Shown piece after piece: positions 28,766 through 38,106 of a stretch of 64,000 bases of DNA; positions within the stretch are counted from its first letter, which is position 1, and each line of letters starts with the position of its first letter. Below the pieces are notes generated by a model. The model did not search any database. It was not told the origin of the DNA and was given only the letters and a program-made list of their open reading frames with translations. This stretch comes from a virus (lineage: Duplodnaviria; Caudoviricetes), in IMG/VR virus record IMGVR_UViG_3300024269_000048, positions 1 to 64,000 of that record; one strand, 5' to 3'. The position numbers and the translations under genes were made by a program.

Positions 28766-30480
28766 TTATTCCTCCACTTCATCAACAGGTAAGTTGCCGA
28801 TATAATTATCAAGCGTATATTGTACGCTCATCCAATATGATTCAAAGTAGCCATCATTCTTACTTAGATTATGAAGTGCGAAACTTGCTATCTCACTAAT
28901 ATCGTCTTCTGACAGGTCTACGTCGTATTCACCTTGCTGATAACAGTTTTTTACATCCTCAATCATACAGTCAAGTTTGTATTCTTCATTAGCCTGAATC
29001 ATTTCACTAAAAGTAAGTTCATACTCTTTGCCGTCTCTATAAATTTTCATAATTTATTCCTCCCCTAAAAGCTGTTTTACATATTCTTTGTCTTGATACT
29101 CGTTGTCACAAAACTCTTCGTAACATGCCCAAATCTCACTATGAAAACCATAGCCGAATTCCCAGTCTTCAAAGATTGCATTCAAATCAATTAATTCATC
29201 TTCATCGACCTCTTCTATGCAAGACTGTAATTCTTTGATTAAGTCTGTTAGTGTGTATCCGTGCTGAATCATCCAATCCAGCTTATATGCCTCATATGCT
29301 CTTTTTCTACGACTCGTTTTTGCCATAATTTATTCTACCTCCTGTTGTTCCGACCAACCCGCTTTTCTTGCAAGTGCAATCAGTTCATTAATATCTTCAT
29401 TTGAAATGTTAAGTTCGCGCCAATCATATTCCTCATAACTGTCATTTTCTTCTATATGTCTTGTTGGCGAGCATTCTGCTGTCACATATGATGCCTCAGC
29501 ATGTTTTGTAGGAAATTCAAGACTAATCTCCATAGATACTGCTTCGGGATAATCATCATAAAATATTTCCTTTGGTGCTATAAAATACAACACCGTTTCT
29601 CCGTCATCTTTGTTCCACGCCTCATCAAATTCAATTCTTTTATCAATCATTTTGTCGCCTCTTTCAGTCTCATATATACACTAAAGACCCAGTCTTCTCT
29701 TTCATATTTATCTGCATCATCCCAAGAGCCACACTCTTCTTCATACTCTTTTGCTGCTTGCTCTTGTGCTATTCTCCATAGTTTTTCATCAAACATAATA
29801 ATCCTCCTTAAATTTTATATGCGGCCAAGTTCCAAGAATGGCCCATCTCATAATATAATCCATATTTTTCAAATAACTTTCCGAACTGCTCTTCAAGTTT
29901 AACCCAACCACGAGTATAACCATTCAGTACATAGTTCAGTCCACCCTCAAATGACATCGAAAGCGTTTCCGGATTTGCATATTCAAAGTAATCACAAGGG
30001 TTGCGATTCTCATACTCATACAAGTCTTCGGCAATCTTCTTGCCTTTAACACCGCCCCACGTCTCACTATTGGACCAGGCTTTACCATCAAAGTAGATTA
30101 TATTGTCTCCCCACAAGTCGTGCTTTTGGCACCACTCAAAAATATCTATTGCTAACAGTTTATATTTACTAAATACTATGTTATTTTCCATGTTAATCTT
30201 CCTCCTGTTCGTGTATTCCTACTACAAACTTATTTGTATAATCTTCATCGTCACTGTCGCCCCATACAAGACAATCAACGAAATCATTATTTGTTTCAAA
30301 CTCTTTTGTTGTACTGTTAATATCATAGTGAGGTCTTACCAAACAAATATCTTGGATAATAGTCCCATCTTCCTCCTCTAAAAATACACATAACTCTGGT
30401 GGTATCTCTGGACCGTTATTATCATAAATTTCTGCTACAATTTTCTTATTACCGAGTTGAATTATTAATCTGTTTTTCAT
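28766..30480 (-). CDS. cluster of small hypothetical proteins (28766-29050, 29054-29326, 29330-29650, 29808-30191, 30193-30480)
   Basis: Packed co-oriented acidic ORFs with RBS. Confidence 0.6.
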
Positions 30481-30508
30481 ATCAATCTCTCCTTAATTTT
30501 TATTTTTA

Positions 30509-30832
30509 TATACACTCATGAACTTGTAAGCTTTCTTTAATTGTTTCATGGAGGAGCTGCGATAGCAGGTCAGGGAACCGTTATGAATCTCGGATAGGGA
30601 TTATTAACGGTTCGATCACCTGATTAACGCAGCTGAACTGAATTATATTCTCTTGTGTATACTGGCGCTTATACCAACACACTCTGCATTTCTGTAGATA
30701 TTACTTTATCGGTCTCATATAGGATACTGCTTTCGATGAGAAACAGCAGTTGGGGCTGGTGTTAACCAGCCTGAACTGCTGTATCTCATAGTTATAGCAG
30801 TATCTTTGTTGAATTGAAATGCCTTGTGTGTT
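30509..30832 (-). ncRNA. RT-associated structured repeat units A (30509-30661) and B (30676-30832), the distal mini-array
   Basis: Same architecture as the main array. Closing stems TATACAC/GTGTATA and AACACAC/GTGTGTT plus GCATTT/AAATGC, long internal hairpins, and the motifs TTTCTTTAATTGTTTCAT and CTTTATCGGTCTCAT 170 nt apart. Confidence 0.8.
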
Positions 30833-30861
30833 CTGCATTATCTATATGCAATTTGTTTTAA

Positions 30862-31773
30862 TTAGTCGTTGTAGATTTCAGACATTCTCTTCTTGAAGTC
30901 AAAGTTATTGTCAGCTATAACTTTCTTCATAAGGGCAAACATTCTCCAACCTTCACCCTTATACGCTCTAAGTCTACTATTCAGTACACTCATTGCAGCT
31001 GCTCCATAAACCATATTGTCGTCAACCATAATTCCACAACCATGGAACATTACAAGGTTCTTAAGAGTGTAGAATGCACCCTCGCCCTTATAGGCATCAA
31101 TCCAAGCCTTGCTCTTAGAAGCGCCATAAGGAACCGTAATCATATCAGCCATGAAGTTTTTAACAATTCTGTGGACGTCATTATAATTGCTTGCATACTT
31201 AAGACCATGAATTCTCTGTCTAAGAGGAGCATATATCTTCTTATCAATATCTACTACAAAGATGTCTCTTCCCTTAATTCTCTTGTACGGAATGCCCTTA
31301 CAATTTTTGTTAGGAAGAGTATCGATATACTTCTTAAGCTCTTCAATATAATCTTCCATAGTAGCCTTAATAACATCCATTGTGAAGAAGTGGCTTCTTT
31401 CAACGAATGTATCTTTGTCCCTTGCTTCAAGCTTACTAAGTACTCTGATTTCCTCAAGCATCATATCGAACTCATACTTAATACCAAATCTCTTAATGTA
31501 GTCGTTATATCCCTCTCTTCTTCCATCATAAGACTTATAGTTAAGAGCATGGAACATCTGAGCCATAACGAATCTTCTGTGGAGTTTTGTATTTCTTACA
31601 TAACCGTCGGCAATAATTTCTTTCGCAATAGGATCTTCTACTTTTGCAGGATTTCCATTTTCATCAATCATAAGTGTAACTCTAGTTCCGTTATCAAGGT
31701 CAACCGTGAAATACTTACTAGTATTAACCCCTGCATTGTTAAGTCTGTTCATTCTTTCATTCTTGTTCATCAT
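30862..31773 (-). CDS. uncharacterised protein (about 303 aa), candidate partner of the RT system
   Basis: ATG at 31773 after AAGGAG; lies between the two arrays; no family motif recognised. Confidence 0.75.
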   Translation of the reverse strand: MMNKNERMNRLNNAGVNTSKYFTVDLDNGTRVTLMIDENGNPAKVEDPIAKEIIADGYVRNTKLHRRFVMAQMFHALNYKSYDGRREGYNDYIKRFGIKYEFDMMLEEIRVLSKLEARDKDTFVERSHFFTMDVIKATMEDYIEELKKYIDTLPNKNCKGIPYKRIKGRDIFVVDIDKKIYAPLRQRIHGLKYASNYNDVHRIVKNFMADMITVPYGASKSKAWIDAYKGEGAFYTLKNLVMFHGCGIMVDDNMVYGAAAMSVLNSRLRAYKGEGWRMFALMKKVIADNNFDFKKRMSEIYND

Positions 31774-31842
31774 AATTTGTTTCTCCTTCAAATTTAATTT
31801 ATTTGCCCTGTATTGCCGAGCGTCGCATATTTTTGTTAATAA

Positions 31843-32304
31843 TTATTTACCCTCAACCCAACTTCTTAAGATAATCAGGTCTGGATCAGACGGACGTTGG
31901 TAGAACCACTTCCCCATAATCTCTTCATCCCATACAAAATCTCCACTGAGAATTGTACATAAGATGAATGCCTCAAGTGTAAACTGTGCAACCTCACGAG
32001 GCTGTCCTACAATCAACTGCTCATCTGTAAGCTCATCAACTGACAGTGCCTTGAAATATTTTCTTCTTTTGTTGTCGCTTCTTTCACTTGGTAGAGAGTA
32101 CTTATAATTTCTATAAAGTTCTCTTATCATATGCAATAGAACTGGTAAGTCGTAGATTTGGTGACCATGTAGCACTTTTGATGTATCATACTCACCATTA
32201 TCGATAACCTTATCTTTTCCTACTTTCATAATTCTTTTTTCGAAATCAATGTAAAACGGCTCGCCGTTCTGCACTCTTTCTAATGCCTCAAAATAGATAC
32301 ACAT
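31843..32304 (-). CDS. uncharacterised protein (153 aa), candidate partner of the RT system
   Basis: AGGAGG RBS directly after the last unit of the main array. Confidence 0.75.
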   Translation of the reverse strand: MCIYFEALERVQNGEPFYIDFEKRIMKVGKDKVIDNGEYDTSKVLHGHQIYDLPVLLHMIRELYRNYKYSLPSERSDNKRRKYFKALSVDELTDEQLIVGQPREVAQFTLEAFILCTILSGDFVWDEEIMGKWFYQRPSDPDLIILRSWVEGK

Positions 32305-32327
32305 TAATATAACCTCCTTTTATTTTT

Positions 32328-33344
32328 ATAGATACTCAATGATTTAGCACATTTCTTTATTTGCTTCATAATTGCAGTCAAGGGAAGCCTTGACGACGGG
32401 AATAATCTACGATAGCGGATTATACCCGTCGTTTGGGCTTATCAATTGACTGGAACTTGAATTCAATCATTTTGTTGTCTATTGGTGTGCTCCATAGATT
32501 GCTCAATAACTTGGCATATTTCTTTAACTGTTTCATTATTACAGGTTCTGCCTGTGCAGCCTGGCCTGAAGGCCTCCTAGATATGGAGGCAGGAAAGGCC
32601 TGGCTACACAGGTTAAACAACCTGTAACGTGAATTTAATTATCTTGCAATCAATCGCTATGCTACGGGTTCAAATTACTCACAATCTCGATACATTTCTT
32701 TATTGGTTTCATATTCGGGAGGCGTGCCGGCGAGAGGCAGGTCAATTCTGGGAAATTTCCCAGTGAATTAACCTGCGGATCGACGATCAAACGCCTCCTA
32801 AATTGAAGTTGATTGTCTCATAATTTGTCGTTGTATTACGAATGTAAATTACTCATGACGTTGATACATTTCTTCACTTGTTTCATATCCGAAGGCAGAT
32901 GCCAGATAACCTAACTGGGACATCCAGTCGATAGCGGGATGTCCCAGGTTTGTTATCTGGTTAATAAGGCCTTCTATTGAATATTGTCATCTTGTAATTT
33001 GTTGCTGTACTGCAAATTTAAATTACTCGCAACTTTGACACATATCTTTAATTGTTTCATATTAAATCGCTAGATCAGATATCCTGATCAGTAGGCGGCG
33101 GGATAGCGCCGCCTATGATCAGGAGATCTGAGTTAATAGCGATTGTATTGAATTTAGTTGCCTTGTAATTATGCGTTGTGCTACGATGTGTGGTTACTTA
33201 CAACATTGGTGTATCGCTTTATTGGTTTCATATTAGGCGTCAATTTCAGATTGTTCATCCACTTCATCTTGTACTCGCAAGATGAAGTGTCATCACAATC
33301 GGATTTATTGACGCATAATTGATTCTTTGTTGTCCCATAACCAC
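32328..33344 (-). ncRNA. array of six structured 150-155-nt ncRNA units directly downstream of the RT
   Basis: Units at 32328-32482, 32497-32651, 32672-32826, 32846-33000, 33021-33170 and 33190-33344. The conserved motif recurs every 167-176 nt. Closing stems covary and the roughly 80-nt hairpins are variable. Confidence 0.88.
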
Positions 33345-33360
33345 TTGCTACACTACAATA

Positions 33361-34623
33361 TCATAAGCATCTGACTAACGTCTCATATACTGCCCTCCTC
33401 GTAAGAATCGCATTCTGCATGCACTTCAATGTAAGGTATCCCGGAATTTCCTTTTCAGTCTTATTACGGTTTGCCGTTACATTTTTGCCCGTACCTCTAA
33501 GAATAGTATGGTCAGGCTGGTCGATTACACTTCCAAGCCCACCTATCTTCTTCTTGCCAGTTGCACAAGCCCTCAAAGCATCCATTACATATGTGTTTAA
33601 GGTTTCAATGTCCTTCTCCACATTAATTATCGGCAATACTGATGTTGCCCAAGAATACCTCCCGTCTCCCTTGTAGAGGAAGTTGTTGACAGAGTTAACT
33701 GCTTTTGTAAACGAAACGTTACGCTGTTTAATTGTCCTAGAAGCAATCTCCTTCTGGAAACTCTTGACACGAGTAGAAGATAGTGTGATTTTGTCGCCCT
33801 TGATGTTAAAACCAAGGAATTTGACCCACTTATCTTTATAGACAGTCTCAACTTTCTTGGGATTAAGAGTCATGTTCATTTCTCCTAAAATAGATTTAAC
33901 TATCTCGAAAGCCATCTCTCGCTTCTCTCCAATGTAAAGCAAATCATCCGAGTACCTCACATAATATCCCGGTAACGTACTGACAGTCGCATCAAGATTG
34001 TACAATACTGCGTCTGCTAAGAAGCTCGCAACTGCACACCCCTGTTTGAGAGACTGATACATTTCTATCAAATTTCCCTCAATATCAAAGCACAAATCCG
34101 TGTGATAATACTTCCTAACAATGTCAATTACCTTGGATTTGCCTACTTTAGTTTCCATATTATCGAATATTTCATCGATATATTTAAGTGGAACGGTGTC
34201 AAAATATTTTGTTAAGTCTGCTTTAAAGCCAACTTCTCGGCCCTCAACTTTAATTTCTTGTCTTGATACTTCCTGTACAATCTTTCCGCAACCTATACCA
34301 CTCTGATATGATTTGCAAGACTTATGCACAAATTCAGGAAACATCTCGAAGAATAGATTGTTCACAATGGACAAGAATATTCTATCAACATTCTCATTCA
34401 CATAAACAATTCTCATATCTCCATTATCCTTAGGGATTTGTGCCTGGTGTGGGGGCGCTATCTCGTAGTTGTCAGTAATAATTGCATTATACATTGCAAG
34501 TCTGACCTCGGGAGAGGTAAGCTTTCTCAACTCACCCTTATCAATTCCTTTACCAACTCCCAATTCAAGTGCCTGCTCCCAACGTTCTTTCTCGAAGAAC
34601 TTTTGCAGTAAAATGTCGGTCAT
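33361..34623 (-). CDS. reverse transcriptase (420 aa), unclassified phage type
   Basis: IPKDNGDMR, FKADLTKYFDTV, LKQGCAVASFLA, YVRYSDDLL (catalytic YxDD), KFLGF; AAGGAGG RBS; no HNH/En domain and no retron VTG motif. Confidence 0.95.
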   Translation of the reverse strand: MTDILLQKFFEKERWEQALELGVGKGIDKGELRKLTSPEVRLAMYNAIITDNYEIAPPHQAQIPKDNGDMRIVYVNENVDRIFLSIVNNLFFEMFPEFVHKSCKSYQSGIGCGKIVQEVSRQEIKVEGREVGFKADLTKYFDTVPLKYIDEIFDNMETKVGKSKVIDIVRKYYHTDLCFDIEGNLIEMYQSLKQGCAVASFLADAVLYNLDATVSTLPGYYVRYSDDLLYIGEKREMAFEIVKSILGEMNMTLNPKKVETVYKDKWVKFLGFNIKGDKITLSSTRVKSFQKEIASRTIKQRNVSFTKAVNSVNNFLYKGDGRYSWATSVLPIINVEKDIETLNTYVMDALRACATGKKKIGGLGSVIDQPDHTILRGTGKNVTANRNKTEKEIPGYLTLKCMQNAILTRRAVYETLVRCL

Positions 34624-34636
34624 TTAAGCCACCTCC

Positions 34637-37600
34637 TTAATACCATTCTGTGTAGTAGATGCTTGTATCTACCCATTCGTCTCCATCAAGTGTTTCATAC
34701 CAGCCTCCGTTTTCACCCTCTTCCTCAGATGGTCTCCATTTACCTTTGCCATAGGTTGTATCCATAGCACCATCAAAACATTCTTCACAACAGTACCAAT
34801 CTCCGTCTCCGGCAATAAACCCTGCATCGAAAGGCTTGCCGCATTCCTCGCAGAATCTGATTGCAATATGATGGTCTTCAAGAATTTCCGTGATAGCATC
34901 TTCTATTGCATAATCATCTAAGTCTGTTTTAATAACTGCCCAACCCTCATTGTGGTTCAGCAAAATCTGATTTCCTTTTAATATAAGTTCAAAAGCACGA
35001 CCCTCAAAGTCATGCTCATATTTACCGTGCTCTTTTAAGTAATCAACAACTGTTTTCATATTCATCTCCCTCCTATATCTCATAAACCCAGTCGCCAAAG
35101 CCACCACGGTGAATACTGTCCTCACCTGAGTCCCATTCTTCGTCTGTAATCTCGATACCGTATGCTTCTTCTGCTTCTGATTTAGTTTCATATTCATACA
35201 AATCATATTCCTCCCAATGAACACATTCGTCACAAAGAACTTCGCCTTTATCGCAGATGAAATGTTCTTGGAATTCATTTCCGCATTCTTCGGAGTAAAC
35301 TTCCATTATAAGATTCCATTTCTTACAAGCTTCGAACAGAGTGATATATTCATGTTCTTCCTCTCCCGGCGGATGATACCATCTTTCGGGCTCCGTTCTC
35401 ATTGAGATTGCATTATCGACAAGTGCAGATATTACACTCCACTTGCAAGTGCCGGACATAAAAGCGGCTCCGTCCTCTTCAAAGGTAAGGTCTGTTTCAG
35501 CACCTCTTCCCATCCAAATCTTGCCCTCTTGGTTTAGAGCTTTATGGAACTGCTCTATATCACCCTTATTTCCTCTTACTTTCATTAAAAAACTACATAA
35601 ATTTGCCATTGTTTATTCCTCCTCAGGATTATTATAATCATTTTGTTGTGTTAATACAATAGATATTGTTTAATATTTTCTCTGGTCCAGTCTTCTGGCT
35701 TTAATCCTGAAGCAAGAATATTCATTGCTTCTTGAAATGTCACGTAAACATATTTTTGTTGGTCTATTAGGAATATTTTCATCATCTACCTTCCTTTCTA
35801 ACATCAACTCTTACAAGCGTAGTTATCATATTTTCAGGATCATGAGTCAATCTCCAAGCCTGAATGTGATCAACGATTGTGCTAAGGTCTTCAATACTTA
35901 CCGTCCAAACGCCACTCTCCCTAAAGAAAAGAACACGATCATATGACTCGTGTTCCTCAATACTATTGTATAGTGATTTGATATCATAGTAGACGTCACT
36001 TGCATATCTCTCTGTGATTTTTGCAGCTAAGCGAATAAGCTTATCTACCACATCTGAGATGTTTTCTGTGTTTGATGTTACTGTGTAATCATCATAACAA
36101 GAGTGGTTTGTGATTTTTAACATATTTATTCCTCCTTAGGAAATTAGTATTGCTTTACCTTTCAGTTCAATATTGTGTCTGTCCTCGTTGATAAGTTCTA
36201 CGAGGTCTGCATCTTCCTCATTATTAATGTCCACAAGATTTGTGTACCAACCACAATGGATGCCGTTGAGTTCATCATCGTTTCCAAGGTAGATTGGCAG
36301 TGCTTTAATTTCCTCCATTGTCATACCTTGTGCTCTAAGTTCAGCACAGAATGCCAAAATGTTATTCATTGTTAATTGCATATTAATTCACTCCTTCATT
36401 AAATTTATCAAGAACTTCTTGGCGTACTTTATATTCTTTATCGCTCTCTACTTCTGAGAATGAAATCTCAAGCAGTGTAATCTTAAAGTCTTCGGAATTC
36501 TCATTCCAACCAAAGTCGCACTCATCACCATTCTCATCAAGGAAATTCATATGAACCTCTTTGATTTGTTCAACAGAGGCAAGCAACTCAGCAGTGATAT
36601 CCGATCTTGAAATACCTAGTTGATCATAATCTTCGTCATAGCACTCTGACAGGTCAAAGTCCTTAAACCATCCGTAACCTGTTTCGAACTCAAAAACTCC
36701 GTCCTCTTCAGTTCCGGAAAACGCATCCCAATCAAATGGAATTTCTTTGCCGTTGATGACAAAGCAGTATCCACCAATTGATAGACCATCTGTGTTTTCT
36801 TTTGTGAGCATAATCAAGTTTCCATTCTCTTTTGCGAAAAGCTGGAACTTAATATACATTGATATTTTCATATTAAATCACTCCTTGTATATATAGTGTA
36901 GCGTGGTTATCTCTCCAATAACCCATAACGCCTGCACCGAAAGTAGTGGCGTCTTCAGTTTCGATAGTGTAACCATGATCTTCTGCGAACTTCTTTTCTT
37001 CAGCAAGTTGCCTATCAAAAATCTCCTTAGCCTCTTCATAAGTATGGGTTACACCAAGAATATCAATTGACTCTGCATCTTCTGTTGCCCAATCGAGCAC
37101 TATAACATAATGACTATACATTTACTCTTCCTCCTTAAACCATTCAGGCACTTCAAACCAACGATATTCGTGCTCATATTCTTTCGTGTGTTTGTTGTAA
37201 ACCATACAGTCAACAAGTATCACATTAAGCTCATTCTCGACAATATGGTCAATTTCGCTTAATGGATAATTCCAAAAAGGACGCTCGTAGTCATCGAGAA
37301 TTGCCTGAATCTCTTTGACATCATCGTCTCCGTTTATGATAAAACATTTATCTAATACTGCGTCCAAGTAATTCTGCGGCGAATAAATCTTTTCTGACTT
37401 TACCATTATTCATTCTCCTCTCTTCTTACACATTCACCATCTACAAAGTGGTAGTCGCAGCTATATGGGCAGTCTGCACAATCATCGGTTTCATCGCCAC
37501 CGAGAGGGCACTCAAGACCGCACATTTCCTGCTCCCATTCGATATATTCCTGTTCACTTGCATTATCCATACAAGCCCCGCAGTAATACGGGATGTCGTG

Positions 37601-38068
37601 TTCTTCAAGGTCAGGGAAGACTTTCTTCATTTCTGCGATGGTTTCTTCATCGTACTGCTTATAGCCGCACTCTTTGCATACTAATGCCATAATTAATTTT
37701 CCTCCTCATCATCTTCAAACTCAGAGTCATCCTCTAAGATTTGATATATTCTATCAAGTGATATTCCAAGTAATTCTGACGCAAGAACGTCTGCTGGAGC
37801 TTCTGGTCCTACATCAATTAAGGCACCTATAACATCTTGCCAAGATATGTTATCATTCATGGATATCCTCCTCTTCATCGGCACTTCTCACGCCATCAAT
37901 ATCAAAGGCATATTCAATTTGATATGCAAGGTCGCTCCAAGTTCCTTCAACTTCTGCTTCTCTTAGTGCTTTTGCAAGAGCAATAAGCGTGTGCTCCTCT
38001 GCTATAACCTCGATGTCATTTTCTATGAACTTGTACCTGTATTTGTCTACTTTTTGCATAGTTATCAT
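34637..38068 (-). CDS. cluster of small acidic hypothetical proteins (34637-35065, 35073-35609, 35782-36123, 36136-36381, 36383-36871, 36873-37121, 37122-37406, 37406-37690, 37693-37884, 37853-38068)
   Basis: Tightly packed ORFs with GGAG(G) RBS. The first most likely starts at 35065 and ends 13 nt before the RT start. Confidence 0.6.
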
Positions 38069-38106
38069 CCTTTCGCCCGTTTATGTCCGATAGCCCAGAC
38101 AGTTAA

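Noticed and set aside
32420-32627. ORFs 32420-32620 (minus) and 32433-32627 (plus)
   Set aside because: Both lie within array units and have no RBS, so they are most likely incidental.
32328-33344. CRISPR array
   Set aside because: There are no identical direct repeats, the variable parts are roughly 80-nt self-complementary hairpins rather than spacers, and no cas genes are present.
32328-33344. A run of intrinsic terminators or tRNA genes
   Set aside because: The hairpins are far too long, lack U-tracts and sit within a covarying outer stem. No cloverleaf, T-loop or CCA pattern was seen.
33361-34623. RT as part of a diversity-generating retroelement
   Set aside because: I found no TR/VR pair differing at adenines, no Avd-like small gene and no obvious target gene. 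The neighbouring repeats differ throughout rather than only at A positions.
33361-34623. RT as a group II intron maturase or classical retron
   Set aside because: It does not interrupt a gene, I saw no domain V-like hairpin after the ORF, it lacks the VTG motif, and there is no room for an upstream msr-msd.
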